Source: Botryllus schlosseri | Lineage: Eukaryota | DNA: 64,000 nt | Reading direction: 5' to 3' | NCBI GenBank assembly: GCA_051294905.1 | Contig: CM119371.1 | Location: 6,634,001 to 6,698,000, forward strand | Shown here: positions 50,571-61,660 of the stretch, in pieces | Layout of the letters: every line of letters begins with the position of its first letter | Numbering within the stretch: the stretch's first letter is position 1 | Notes under the pieces: model-generated | Databases searched by the model: none | Seen by the model: only the letters and a program-made list of their open reading frames with translations | Told to the model about the DNA's origin: nothing | Translations under genes and position numbers: made by a program

Positions 50571-51444
50571 TAGGGTTGGGACTTCGGGATCAAATTTGAA
50601 ATCCCGGGATTTTCGCTCCTCAATCCCGGGATTCCCCGGATCGAATTAGAAAAGTAGTAAAATACACATATAAGTTACACAAATAACATTTAGTCCTTGT
50701 GATATTTAATTGACGCAAAACATAAGAGCATCAAGAGTTCCGTCGTTTAGATCAGGGGTCCCAAACTCCAATTTGCTCGCGGGCCAATTTCGTAGTTTTT
50801 GATGACGCGGTGGGCAGCAGCATCAAATAGGGGTATAATATGTATTTCTCAGTACGCCTTTTTTGTCGGACCTTGCAGATTGGCATTCCATACACATTGC
50901 GAGAATGTAATACACTATTGTAATATTCACGGTTGTCACGAAAAAGTCATATTTTTCAATATTTTTAAAAATATTGTTGTGCTTGGCATAATTTGGCGAC
51001 ATAAGGAGTGATATAGACAGTTAGAAACCATGCGAGACGTCAAATGCATCGTGTCATCGTAAAATCTGTCGCATTATAATTTAGCAGCTAGTGGACGTTT
51101 GATGTGTGATAGCGATTCAGGTTTTTGGAGTGGTTTCAGAATGAAATTTCAAGTTCTCAAATCCGAAATCTGAAATTTTCGAGTTTAATATTGTCGAATG
51201 CTTGAAAAGTCAAAACGCCGACGTGGGCCGCAAAAACAGTTCTGGCGGGCCGCGTGTTTGAGGCCACTGTTCTAGACAATCAGCCGAGTTTGTGACACTG
51301 CTTTATTACCAAAATAAGAGATATGGCGCTACATAAGCCTTGGTATATGCTGTTCACAAATCCCGGGATTTCATCGTGACCAATCCCGGGATCGGGATTG
51401 CTTCAAATTCCGGGATCCCGGGATTTCCCGGGGTTCCAACGCTA
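50571..51444. mobile_element. hAT-like MITE with ATCCCGGGAT subterminal repeats, containing 50753-51269
   Basis: TIRs TAGGGTTGGGAC / GTTCCAACGCTA; perfect TSD ATTATGAC. Confidence 0.9.
50753..51269. mobile_element. hAT MITE related to 17414-18802
   Basis: TIRs CAGGGGTCCCCAAAC / GTTTGAGGCCACTG; degenerate TSD GTTTAGAT/TTCTAGAC. Confidence 0.8.
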
Positions 51445-51989
51445 ATTATGACGCAATAAGCAAATGACGCATGATGTATGAAGAGAATTGATATCTCATT
51501 AAGCCTTTTTATCGCAATCCTTGTATTGTCTTCCAATATATCATTCAAGAATATAGTCCTAAGAAGCAGAACAAATGTAATCGTGAGTAATCGTGATTAC
51601 TTTTCCAATGTAATCGTAATCGTAATCGACTACTTCCTGATTTTGCTGTAATCGTAATCGTAATCGCGTGCTTCTGAAGTAATCGTAATCGCAATCGATT
51701 ACATTCATGAAGTAATCACCCCATGTCTGATAGATGGTACATAAAAATCATATTTTAGTTATTATTAGTAATTTCAAGATACTTTTGAAAGCAATAGTTT
51801 TCATAATAAAGAAGTTGTCACTCAAACACTCATAGATTTTGCGTTTTACTGAGCCTCCATCGTTTTATCATTAATAAATTGACCGCAAACAAAGTGATCG
51901 GAGCTCGCAAACTAGTAGTATAGTAACCAAATGGCACAGTATATATCCATTTTTTATAGAATGCTAATAATGGTCTGTACCCGCCTTAA

Positions 51990-52716
51990 AGGGGCACTGT
52001 GCTTTAAAAATAATGTGGTCTCAAATTGCAGGGCAAAATGAAAAAAAATCGGGCCGCAGTCATTTCCTTCAGAACGCCACCGTAATGGAGCTGCAATGTA
52101 TTGGAATTTCCATAGGAGCTTCACGCTCCAGATGTCGCGGTGGCGCGTCATTTCTTAACCAGTTACATGGCACGATGTCTTCACCGTTGCACTTGCTCGA
52201 CGTGATTAGGCGGTCACGCAGAAAACGAACCTTATGTAGTTGTCAGCCGATGTTATGAAGGAAATATGTCTTACACGCCAAGGTGGTTTGGATACGGCTA
52301 TCAACAGATGATGTTCAGTTCAGCCAGATTTATGTCTAAATTGGGCCAATTGTATTATATTTCTTCAGGACAGAAATAGATCATGTCCTATTCTTACGTA
52401 TAAAACATGATCATCACTAATCAGTATGATGGTGATGTGATGGTGGGCTGACAACTATCTAAAGTTCGTTCTTTAAGTGATTGTCTAATCTTGTCGAGCA
52501 AGTGCAACGGTGAAGATATCGCGCCATAAATTTTGTCAACAGCTCAAGAAACGATGACGCCCAGCTGCAACAGCTGGAGCGCGAAGGTCCTGTGGTAATT
52601 TCAATAAATTGCAGCTCCATTACGGTGGCGTTATGAAGAAAATGGCTGCCACCAATTTCTTTTTTCATTTCGCCCTTCAATTTCAGAACACATCATTTTT
52701 AGAGCGCAGTGCCCCT
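51990..52716. mobile_element. Kolobok-type MITE with long imperfect inverted repeats
   Basis: TTAA|AGGGGCACTG...CAGTGCCCCT|TTAA; the arms are complementary over roughly 250 bp. A TTAA TSD with purine-purine 5' termini is the Kolobok pattern, not piggyBac. Confidence 0.85.
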
Positions 52717-54142
52717 TTAATCAAACCCAGTACATGATTTTAATCGGAATATAATCAGCTTAATAAGTTTATTTTACTAGTCAACCATTGGCGCAGGCCT
52801 AATTTGCATCTCACAGATGTGTACGAAGCCATTTTCGCAGTTGTATTCAACTCTGTATTCGTCCCCCTATTCCAAATAAATGGCAGATTTCGTGACCGGA
52901 CTTGACTTGAGTCACCTTTAAAAATCGATTGACTCGACTCGACTGAATTCAAAATGCGCAATGACTCGAGACGACTCGTGACCCGAAGGTGGTGATTTTA
53001 TCCCAAACACTGATCACACTTAGCAAGAGAGGTGACCCATTTATGGATGTCACAATTCCCTTGTCATCGATACAGGTTATTGTTTCAACTCATAGCGGGT
53101 TGCGAGTTGAGCACTGGGCGTCAATATCATTAACAAGCGACACAGTGAAATTTTACGATTCTTGTGGACCTCGACTTAAACAACTAGAACTTTTCAGATT
53201 TTTTTTAATTAGGGTACAATCAGGCATATAGGTAAACAGTATTTTCCAAACTAGATTAAAATTAGAAATATAGTTACATTTTTTTTCCAAATTATATCAG
53301 AATTGCTGAGTTCACGAAAACTTGGACATCAAATCAGGTTCAGTTGATATCAAACCATCGTTCCGAGCAGGATAAAGGCAAATGTATGTACTGCAAGATT
53401 GGCTCGTCTCAAACAATACAGTTCTTCTGTAGCAGTTACAGGAAAACCGGAAATTAGATTAGAATTAAAATTAGAGCATAGAAACATTTCCTAAATAACA
53501 TTGGAATCCGAGCAAAGAAACATTTCACAAATTAGATTAGAACTAGATTACTGGCATTTCGCTCAAATCAGTCGAATTAGACAACTAGAATTATGTAGTT
53601 GTCCAAGTCTGTCTGGACCGTATCCGCCTCTTTGGGACAATTGTTTGATTTGGCCTCCGACTTGGATTGGTACTTGGGGCCCGCGGTGCGCTTCACCCGG
53701 ACACTAGATGTCGACAAGGAGAAGGCAGCTCTTTTCGTAATGAGTTCTCCCTCGACAAATTTGAATTTTTGTCGGTGTCTGATTCCGTCATTGTGACAAC
53801 CTGTGACCCAGGGAGGGGCTCAGGTATGAACTCTACGAATTCTTCGTTTCATTGCCCGCTTCAAGACGACACATTCGTACTCTCCTGAAATTTCGCCGGG
53901 ACTGGGCCGGTTCAAGTCCTCCTCAATCTGCAAAAGATATTAAGGGGTCAGTCAATACTAGCATCTGAGTCACAATATTTTAAGGTATTCTGGAAATCCT
54001 GGGATGAAACTGGTTCTTTACAATTGTGTATATCTTTTGGCGGAATTTTAGATAGACGTATGTGCAACGGTTTTCTGTAGAAATTCCACCCCCTGAACTA
54101 GTGAGGCTCACGAGGCGATTTCGTTGGGCCCGCAACAGCCTT

Positions 54143-54260
54143 CATCATCATCATCATCACTGGTTTATTAGCAATTTTATCAGTTCAATACACCACAAAA
54201 AAATGCGATACAATGTAAAAGAAAGGAAGATGTCGAAGCGACTAGGAGTTGTCTATGACA
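54143..54260 (-). mobile_element. Tail-only copy of the LINE 3' UTR
   Basis: (CAT)n followed by TGGTTTATTAGCAATTTTATCAG, matching 13289-13390. Confidence 0.85.
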
Positions 54261-55185
54261 AGCCGGGAAAAGACTTGCCAAGTTCAGCACAAGACCGTCG
54301 GTGAAAATGTGTAGGTCATTTAAGCCAACATCTGAGATAACGTGAAAAACATGAAATTTGTGTATTCTACTCAAGGCCATTGCAAGCGAACTTGGCGATA
54401 TATTTTTTGTCAGCAGCTACCTGACCGTTAAACATCAGGCCAAAATGAGCGAAACGTTTGACGACCTGATTTCTTCTCAGTTAAATAATTTCTAAATAAC
54501 AGTACAACTACTGTTAAATAATATATACTGAAGTAGTCCACGGTACTCTACCAAAGTGTAACGCGGTTGGCTTTCGACATAGTTTGGGCACATATTGCTC
54601 AGTTAACAAATGGTTTAGCGTTAAAAAGCACCTTTTTTAGTAACCGGGCAACTTTTTCTTATAGGGGGAATTTTAGCTCAAATATTGCTCAAAAAGGTTG
54701 GGAACCACTGAACTATTGCATAGCAATGAAATACAAAACTGGCATTTAATATTTTTCGTAATGGTAGGTACACCCTTTCAAAGAATGCTCAAAACTTGTC
54801 CACCTCAATTCACTTAATATATCAAATCTGTAGTAATCCTAATCTGAATAGGGATGTAACCCTGCAGAACTCCATTGGAATTGCTAATGCTACCAACCAA
54901 TCGGCTTTTGAAATAACCGGATCACAATCTAACACAGCGGTTTTCAACCAGGGTCTGCGAAATATTATTAGGAAACCGCAAACCGATCGATAAATATAAT
55001 TTGTGACATTGGAAGCTAGAGCAGACCAACACAAACCCAGATCTTCACACCATCCAGTCAGATTCCAGGTTCCAAGAAGTGTATTTATGACGGATTATCA
55101 AATCTACTTACATAATTCAGTAGTTTTCAAAGACAGCAATTACTATTTCTCCTTGAAGTAGTCTACTTCTAGGTTGCTTGGAAAA

Positions 55186-55585
55186 TAGGGTTACCATTAC
55201 CTCCTCTTTTTTGACGTTCATGAAAATGTCCTCCGAGGACGCCTAAATGTCTTTCTTTTTGGCAATTCGTCCTCCTTTACAGCTTTTACGACTAAGATAA
55301 TGGAGAGATTCAAGTGAAAATGGGCATATGTGACGCTAAATAGGAAATTTGTGGTTTGATCGAAAGTGACAACATTTTTTTTTCAAGTCAACACCACTGA
55401 TTTTAAGTAAAAAGTCTGTAAAACAGGAGTCGAACCAAAGTGATGACCTTCTTTTTTCAGTCAAGCAACCATCAAGTAAAGAAAAAATGTAACATTTTTT
55501 CCGAATGTTTCTCCTGTATTGTAAGTCTGAAAATTTTGAACGTGTCCTCTTTCCAGATTTCCAAAATATGATAACGGTAACCCAA
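55186..55585. mobile_element. hAT-like MITE (TAGGGTTACC TIR)
   Basis: TSD TTGGAAAA/TCGGAAAA; empty paralogous sites near 6780 and 36100. Confidence 0.85.
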
Positions 55586-56206
55586 TCGGAAAAGCAATAC
55601 TTTTACTCACTGGAGTGAACTTTGCATTGATACTTTTACTTGGAGTAGTTTTCTCGACCACTTCTGATCATGCATACGGTCTCATGCAATCGCAGATAGT
55701 TATTCCTATTCTTAGTAACTTTTTCGAGACAGCTGAGAGACTTTATACCTCTGTCGAAATTTACAGGTGTCAGTGTGCAATATTTATTGCATGATTTCTT
55801 CGTCAGCTCGGAAAGAGTAAATACTGGATGTAGACATAGGTAGAGTGTAAATATTGGTATGCTCATTTCATGGGAGATAGCATAGTGCTATGCATATCTA
55901 TATGACTTCATACTGAAATTTACAACATCGCGGACAGAATGTTTACTATATATTTGTAACACTGTTTCCAATTCTGGACATGTCACAATATTTCATAGCA
56001 ACTTACCTGAAGTTGTCACGATGCCTGAAAATTTTGATGTCGAGATCTTCTCTTTTGGCAGGTGACAAGGTCTGAAAAAGAAAATCTCATAATCACACAG
56101 CAGGAAAATAGACTTGAACACATTAGCCTACTTCTAAAACGCAACTTGGATATAAGAACAGTAAAAGTAAACAGTTGATCCACTAATCATCTTGAACTGT
56201 ATAGAG

Positions 56207-57546
56207 TAGGGGTTCTCAACCTGGGGGGCGCGGGAGGCTCTCAGGGGGGCGCCAGAAATTGACGAAGTCAGTATAGGGGGGGGGCGCGAGTAATTGACAA
56301 AGTCAGTATAAATTGTATGTGTCCGAACATGTGTTTCACATCCATTATGAGAAGACTATTAATGAAGATGAAATTTTTTCCATATTCAAGAAAGCTTGCA
56401 AAATACAAACTCTAGCAACTGCGCTCAACGGAGTATAGTCTGATTTCAACTTCATTTGAGCAAATTTTTGAAATTCTTTGGAGATATAGAGAGCAATTCC
56501 CACGTGTAAGTCATTCATTGCTTCATAGCTTTGACAGTACCGGTAGCCTAAAGCTTGTCGCGCTGGGCAGCTCTTGTTAGTAGCTTGCGAACTGCACTGC
56601 CCAAGACAAACTTAGATGCAACATAGGTTGCCCGGTTTCGCCCTCAATTAGGCTATAAATCAACACAATTTAATTAATTTCCAAAACTGATCAAATTTAG
56701 CATGGCAGGACAGAACGACGCCTTGCTCTCTGTACTCACTACCAACATCAGGATTAGTCTCAGGGTGACCTACCTTGAAATTAATTAATGGATGTCTTGT
56801 TCAATGTTTTTTTGTTATTTTCAAACAAGTTTGGAGAAATTTGACAGCAATGTAAAAGACTCAACAACTGGAATGCAGATTCAAAATTGGCGTAAGATAT
56901 ACCTTATTATGTATACTATTAGATCAGGGGTGGGCAGCCTACGGCCGTAGAAGGGAATTTGAGCGGCCGTCGACGCCTAATTCAATTAGTATGTGTTGGC
57001 GGCCCTAGACATGCAAATTGCAATTACGAATTCACTCCCGCATTTTCGAGAGATTTTAATTAATCTTGAAATTTTCTTCGCCCTCCGCGCAATTCAACAA
57101 GACTTCATTTTTCGATTTTTATGCGGTAGCGCCCTTCTTAATCTGAGCCGCAATGGGAATTGGCAAGAAATAACAATTTGTCCGCGGCCCTGAAAAATTT
57201 TCGCGCTCCGCGTGACAATATGCACCTCCCGGCAGCTATTCATAACATTGCCACTCGCGATTTCGGTGCCTACAATAGGCCATTGTGAAAAGTAGAATGG
57301 TCCGGAGTTCACCAGGAATGGATATGGACAGTTTACCGTAGGAATTTTGCGTCCAGATCGTTCATTGCGGCCTTACGCTACATAAGCAATCGAAATGCGG
57401 TCATGATTATCAGAAACGTTGCCCACCTCTGTATTAGATGATGTGCTCTTTTTGACATGACGATAAATGCAAGGGGGGTCAGGGGGGCGCGAGTTTTTTG
57501 ACCATCTCCAAGTGGGGCGCGTGTCAAAAAAGGTTGAGAACCACTG
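56207..57546. mobile_element. Non-autonomous hAT element, 1340 bp
   Basis: TIRs TAGGGGTTCTCAACC / GGTTGAGAACCACTG; perfect TSD GTATAGAG. Confidence 0.9.
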
Positions 57547-60018
57547 GTATAGAGCATAGGTTCTTGAACGCCGGTCTGCCAAATATATTGGAACTTTATA
57601 TCTCAATTCCAAAACGCAAGAAGATAGACGCTTGTCCATCTTTAGAGAAATACAACATCACATGTGAAGTTAATTTGGAAGTTTGTAATGCATTTTCTGC
57701 ATGCTGTCATTATAGAGAGTTCATGGTGTACTTTGAGCGTACATAACAATGGTGCAACTGTTGTACAAAACTGTTCGGAAGTAGCATACAACTTCAGATT
57801 AGGTATATGTGCAAGCTACAGAGACTATTAAACAAATTTCGTTAAATTCCAACAGTCCAATTAAGCACTTGACAGTATGATGAAGACTATAGCAAACAGG
57901 ATAGTTGCATTTCTTTTGAAGGATACTGAACACTCACAATCAAGTAAGCGGTCTCAACCATGAATTTGTGAGCTTCAACCACGGTCGCAACTAACGAATA
58001 CAGAGGCGTGCATGAATGAATGTTTCCAAATAAGATTTCCAGGAGAACATGCGACATGGGCGAGAAAAGCTATTGGCCATAACTCAATTGTTCTATTCGC
58101 AGGCACGCGCGGGTCAATCAGTTCCTACAAACTGGAAAAATATCTTCAGCGTAGGAACAAATTGAAAACTGGTATCATCATGTAAACTTCATCAATCAAT
58201 TCTTCAATACTTAGGTAGGTCAAATGTCAAATGTTGTCCATCGTAATTGTGACTTAAAAATACGCACCCATATAAAACCCACCTTGAATGACAATTGGTA
58301 AACTTGTTCGAAAGTTGCGACTTGTTTGACTCTGATCGAAAGAGAATCCTTGCCTGTGACGATAAAGAATATATACATCGGGTTAGAAACGATTCAAATT
58401 CACTCAATGTGTTGAGACTTGTTGTTACAGATAGATATAAGATCTCTACTAGTGGTTGAGTTGGGTTCATAGTGAATAATTTTATCATTTAAAAAAACAC
58501 CATAGCATTGATGGCAATAATCGAATCCAAAATCATTGATTTTATGAACAGATGAATTCAGAATTACTCACTTTTATCTTCCGAGTAGAATTGTCACACA
58601 TTGATGCATGTCAGATTTCAACTGATTGAGATTGTCATGCGAGTTACCAAAGCAAATTCACATCCGCCGAACAGACTATTCAATGATATGTTGTATATGA
58701 TGATATTCTAATTGCAATCCACTGTAACAAAATCAAGAGTGATTATGAATTTAAGTAAAATCAATGAAGGCATAGGCCTACACCACAGGTTTCTCAAACC
58801 TGACCATCTTACCAGAAGATGTGGCAGATATCGAGTAGCCGATAGCCACCTCATATAAACATGATCAAAATGGTCTGTTTTGGGTATGCGTACAAATTTG
58901 GTATCTTGATCATGGATAGTAAAATGAAAGACATTTTTTGAATCAGCGTCCTCTAAATTCGTCAACCGCAATTAATAGACCATGACAAGCAAAAATTTAT
59001 TCCTATGGTATTTCGTACTTAATCATTGTTTATCCACGATTCTCATAAAATTAGATAGGCATACAAATTTGCAACTTATAACCTAAGCTCTATTTGGAAT
59101 CACATACTGTTGTGATGATAAGGCCTTTGAAGAGTAAACAAATATGGTATGCGACTCAACAAAAGAGAGATCATCCACAGTCCACACTCATTTCAAATTT
59201 TCATATTGAGTCATTTAGTACTGCGGTTTATTTCATATTGAATTATTGGAAGTGTAGAACTTACACCGTTTACAGTAATCAGTAGGTTCTCAACTCCTGA
59301 TATTGGTCATAATAAAACCATTGTGGTATCAATTGTCAAAGCCATCGACCGTATCTGTATTGAGTAAGGAAGTAAATATATGATGGGCATTATCAACTAA
59401 AATTGGCAGCAGTATTATGCACTTTCGTACAAGTCCACAAAATTACTGGTTACTATTGCCACGACATTCATCAAATGATACGAATCTGGCGAAAAGTAGT
59501 TTACACAAAATTTAAAAAAACAGAATGTACGAAGTTCTACCGATTTGACAAAGCAATTATGTCGGATATAGCTTGATGAGTCGAAAATTTCAATTGAGCG
59601 ACTTAATTCTTATTCATGTCTCAGCAGCAGACTTGTACAAACTACGGTACCAATCTAGTTACTTGACGGTTGAGAGTAGTTCTAATTACAGTTTGTGAAA
59701 GCAAGTAGTTCATGTGTTTATATTAGTGTGATTACCAACAGTGGCATAGTCATGGGTGGGTTGCAGACCGTTACCTTTCGAACTATAAACAAAATTCTTT
59801 TCAAACACCGATTCTATCTCCGATATTTTCAAGCTCATCTCAAATTCAGTGATTCGCATTATCTGTATTGCGATTGCCAGGTCGCCAGTTACGAATTTTC
59901 AAAGCATGTTAAGCGTATTTCTAGTAGCCAGTTTCGAAAATTGAGTGGTTCTAGTTCTACGTCAAGTTGTATTTTGAAGATCCAGTAATTTGTGCAAGTC
60001 TGCTCAGATGAGTGCAAT

Positions 60019-61660
60019 CTATCTCTTCACAAATACGGATGTGTAAATTTCAAAACATTCATCTACTTTTGGTATCACTATAGTCCATTTGTCTTGCGAT
60101 ATATCATACGTTTCAATTGCATTAGAGGCTTCTCCATCTGGTACTGCGAAAATCCACTTGTCAATGTGATACGCAGAAACTGGACCATGACAAGCATTCA
60201 TAGAAGATAATGAAGTCCATTGAGCTGACGTAACATCGTAACATTCTACGGTGTCAATTCTCTTTTCTCCTCTCCAGCCACCGATGACAAATATCTTTAG
60301 ATCAACTGCCACAACTCCACTCCCCCAAACAGGATATCTCATTGGGTCAAGATCAAACCACTCTGACGAGGATGGAGTGAATCTGCAAAATGATGAAACT
60401 GTGACACCATCTTGTCCGATACCTCCGACACAATAGATGGAATCATTCAACGATACGAGGCTTGTTGATTGAATTGCGGCAGGCTTGTCTTTTAGTTGCA
60501 CCCAATGATTCAGGGGAGAAGTAAATATTTCCACATAACTTGTTGCTTCAGAATAACTTCCTCCAATAACTAATATCGATCCTGACAAAGAAACTGAGCA
60601 AGGATCGATTCCGTGATCACAAATCATATCATTCATCTTTTCCCATTTTGAATTATTTCTCTCAAAATTGAGTCGATGAACTGATTTATCGTCACATAGA
60701 ATGTAGATGTATGAGTCTAGAGAAATCGCCGAGAAATGTCCTAAATTCCAAACGTTCTCATCATGAAACTCATCTACTTTCTCGGTTACTGGATTGAAGG
60801 ATCGGATACAATTTGCGTCATAATCAAAGAGAATTATCAATTCATCATTGCCAATTTCTTCGTTCATTTTGTGTGATGCTTTTGAAGCTTTCAAAAGATG
60901 TCCAGTGATCAATTTGTACAGTCCTAAGTCATTACCAATAATTTGGTTTGATTCCAAAAGACATTCTAAAAATGCCGGAGAGGCTCTATCAAACTTGATT
61001 GCTCCGAGACATTCGTGCAAATGTTCCTGATTTTTGCGATTTTTCTCAACCCAATTGAACAATAACGTTAGTTTTTCTTCTTCGCATAACTTTGATTCTT
61101 CCAACTTCACAAAATTCCGGATGCAAGTTTTTCAAATATTTCCAAATTCAGATTGGATTGAAATTTCCATGATATTTTCATGAAAAAATGCGCTACATTG
61201 CATAGAGATTGTATCCAGTCCATACATATCGGCGACATTTCTTGTAGAAAAGTAATTCTCTACATTAAGTGATTCCTCCAAAACGTCAGAAACGGCCTGT
61301 TTCACGTCTTCCAACTGCATCATGATTGCGACATGAAGAAGATCATTCATCTTTTCCTCAGAAATCTCAAATTTGCCGGAATATATGAAATCTATGCAGC
61401 TTTTCACACACAGAGAATCGACCTCTTTCATAACAACTTTTCATAACAACTTTTCCTTCACGACTTTCTTTGGTGTCGTGCTTTAACATAGCTTTGAAAT
61501 AAGCACAACCAGCCGACAATACATTTTTGTGAGTGTAATAGACATCATCTCCCACTTGAATTATGAAATCACAATGATCGTTTTCTTGCTTCATTTGATG
61601 TAATTCTTCCATCATCTTCACTGAATGTTTCTCTACATTTTGACACACAATCTGCACCAT
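60019..61660 (-). pseudogene. KLHL-like copy 6, pseudogene
   Basis: A 13-bp tandem duplication TCATAACAACTTT (61428-61453) frameshifts the BTB, and there is an in-frame TGA at 61132-61134. The rest is colinear with the paralogs. Confidence 0.92.

Larger units (their letters stand above)
46315..51729. mobile_element. GATTAC-repeat hAT-like element expanded by nested insertions
   Basis: TIRs CAGATATGGGGT / ACCCCATGTCTG; TSD ATTGATGG/ATAGATGG; colinear in reverse with 21417-23156 outside the nested inserts. Confidence 0.88.

Noticed and set aside
2549-61030. Recurrent plus-strand ORFs starting MKDRI (2549, 11019, 27390, 42895, 44753) and the similar ORF at 60848
   Set aside because: Antisense shadows of the kelch CDS with non-ATG starts; they recur only because the kelch genes are duplicated.
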